This document shows, one piece after another, positions 63,421-64,000 of a DNA stretch of 64,000 nucleotides. The notes under the pieces were generated by a model, which worked only from the letters and a program-made list of their open reading frames with translations, was not told where the DNA came from and did not search any database. The translations under genes and the position numbers were made by a program. The stretch lies in the IMG/VR virus record IMGVR_UViG_3300032236_001859, positions 1 through 64,000 of that record. One strand, given 5' to 3'. Position 1 is the first letter of the stretch. Each line of letters begins with the position of its first letter.

Positions 63421-64000
63421 ATGGTAGAACTTGCATCCAAGGAAAACGTGAGTCTCGGGGGCGACGCCGCCCTACCGAGTTACAACGATGCCCTCGGACG
63501 TCTTAGCAAGGCAAGGCAAGCCAATCCTAATATGCCCTTGTCGGCTGCCTTGCCTCTGATTTTCAAATTGAAAGGGAAACCATACTCGATAGCGAATACC
63601 CATTTCCTGTTCGAGCACGAGTATGCCACCCACAACATCCCCCGCCGGCAAATCGATAAGGCGGGGCGTCAGCTCTCGAAGTCGACGAACAAGGCCGCTG
63701 GTGGGATCATCCGTGCGGCGAGTCACCCCTATTACAACATGCTCTCGGTGACCCCGCTGTTCGAGCAGATCCGAAAGTTCTCCAACAACTATGTCCGCCC
63801 ATTCCTCAAAGAGTCCATTGTACGTGCACGTCTAATGGATGAGAGCAGGGACCAACAGGTCCTGCAGCGCACTCTCGGTAACGGTAGCAATCTGTTCTAC
63901 AATTACGCAACAAACTCAGCGGATCGTATCCGGGGCACGTCCTGCGATGAGGTCGCTGTGGATGAGCTCCAGGACTTTGACATCGATGTTTTGCCAGTTA
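63421..64000 (+). CDS. terminase large subunit (GpA-like ATPase domain), partial
   Basis: Hand-translated, open to window end: KAGRQLSKST (Walker A region), VTPLFEQIRKFS, ADRIRGTSCDEVAVDELQD (Walker B). Confidence 0.85.
   Translation, partial: MVELASKENVSLGGDAALPSYNDALGRLSKARQANPNMPLSAALPLIFKLKGKPYSIANTHFLFEHEYATHNIPRRQIDKAGRQLSKSTNKAAGGIIRAASHPYYNMLSVTPLFEQIRKFSNNYVRPFLKESIVRARLMDESRDQQVLQRTLGNGSNLFYNYATNSADRIRGTSCDEVAVDELQDFDIDVLPV

Noticed and set aside
1-64000. Alternative genetic code or stop-codon reassignment
   Set aside because: Core genes are full length under code 11; TGA, TAA and TAG all end genes, and many TGA stops form ATGA overlaps.
1-64000. tRNA, rRNA, integrase, intein or group I intron
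   Set aside because: No cloverleaf or rRNA-like stretch, recombinase motif or interrupted core gene was recognised; intergenic gaps are mostly too short. A tRNAscan/Infernal run would confirm.

Overview
The window is a 64-kb segment of a large, GC-rich (roughly 55-60%) lytic-type dsDNA phage of a diderm host. Almost all genes from 1 to 63.3 kb are on the minus strand, tightly packed and often joined by ATGA overlaps. Left to right it holds: (1) a lysis/envelope region (permuted papain-like amidase, signal-peptide lytic transglycosylase, membrane-anchored thermonuclease, MazG-like enzyme, holin-like protein, a dual-frame spanin-like locus, and a lone plus-strand STAS gene); (2) dTMP kinase, a free-standing HNH endonuclease, RuvA, a Pif1-like helicase and a GHKL ATPase among many hypothetical genes; (3) a replication/recombination core (two 3'-5' exonucleases, RuvB, RusA-like resolvase, RecA-like recombinase, SSB-like protein, UDG-PolA fusion, primase, DnaB-like and SF2 helicases, SbcC); (4) a ~10-kb island of small genes, including paralog pairs, a secreted ankyrin protein and a pilin-like protein, which separates SbcC from SbcD; (5) a 243-bp inverted repeat beside a degenerate Rep_1-like gene; and (6) the start of a plus-strand GpA-type terminase large subunit. 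Best leads: an overprinted lipoprotein with a C-terminal transmembrane helix nested in a membrane-anchored beta-strand gene (a possibly new spanin architecture), a phage RuvA-RuvB-RusA set, a recurring 16-bp promoter/operator motif, and the inverted repeat with its Rep-like neighbour. All family assignments come from motif recognition by eye; no database searches were run. No tRNA, rRNA, CRISPR array, integrase or transposase was recognised.
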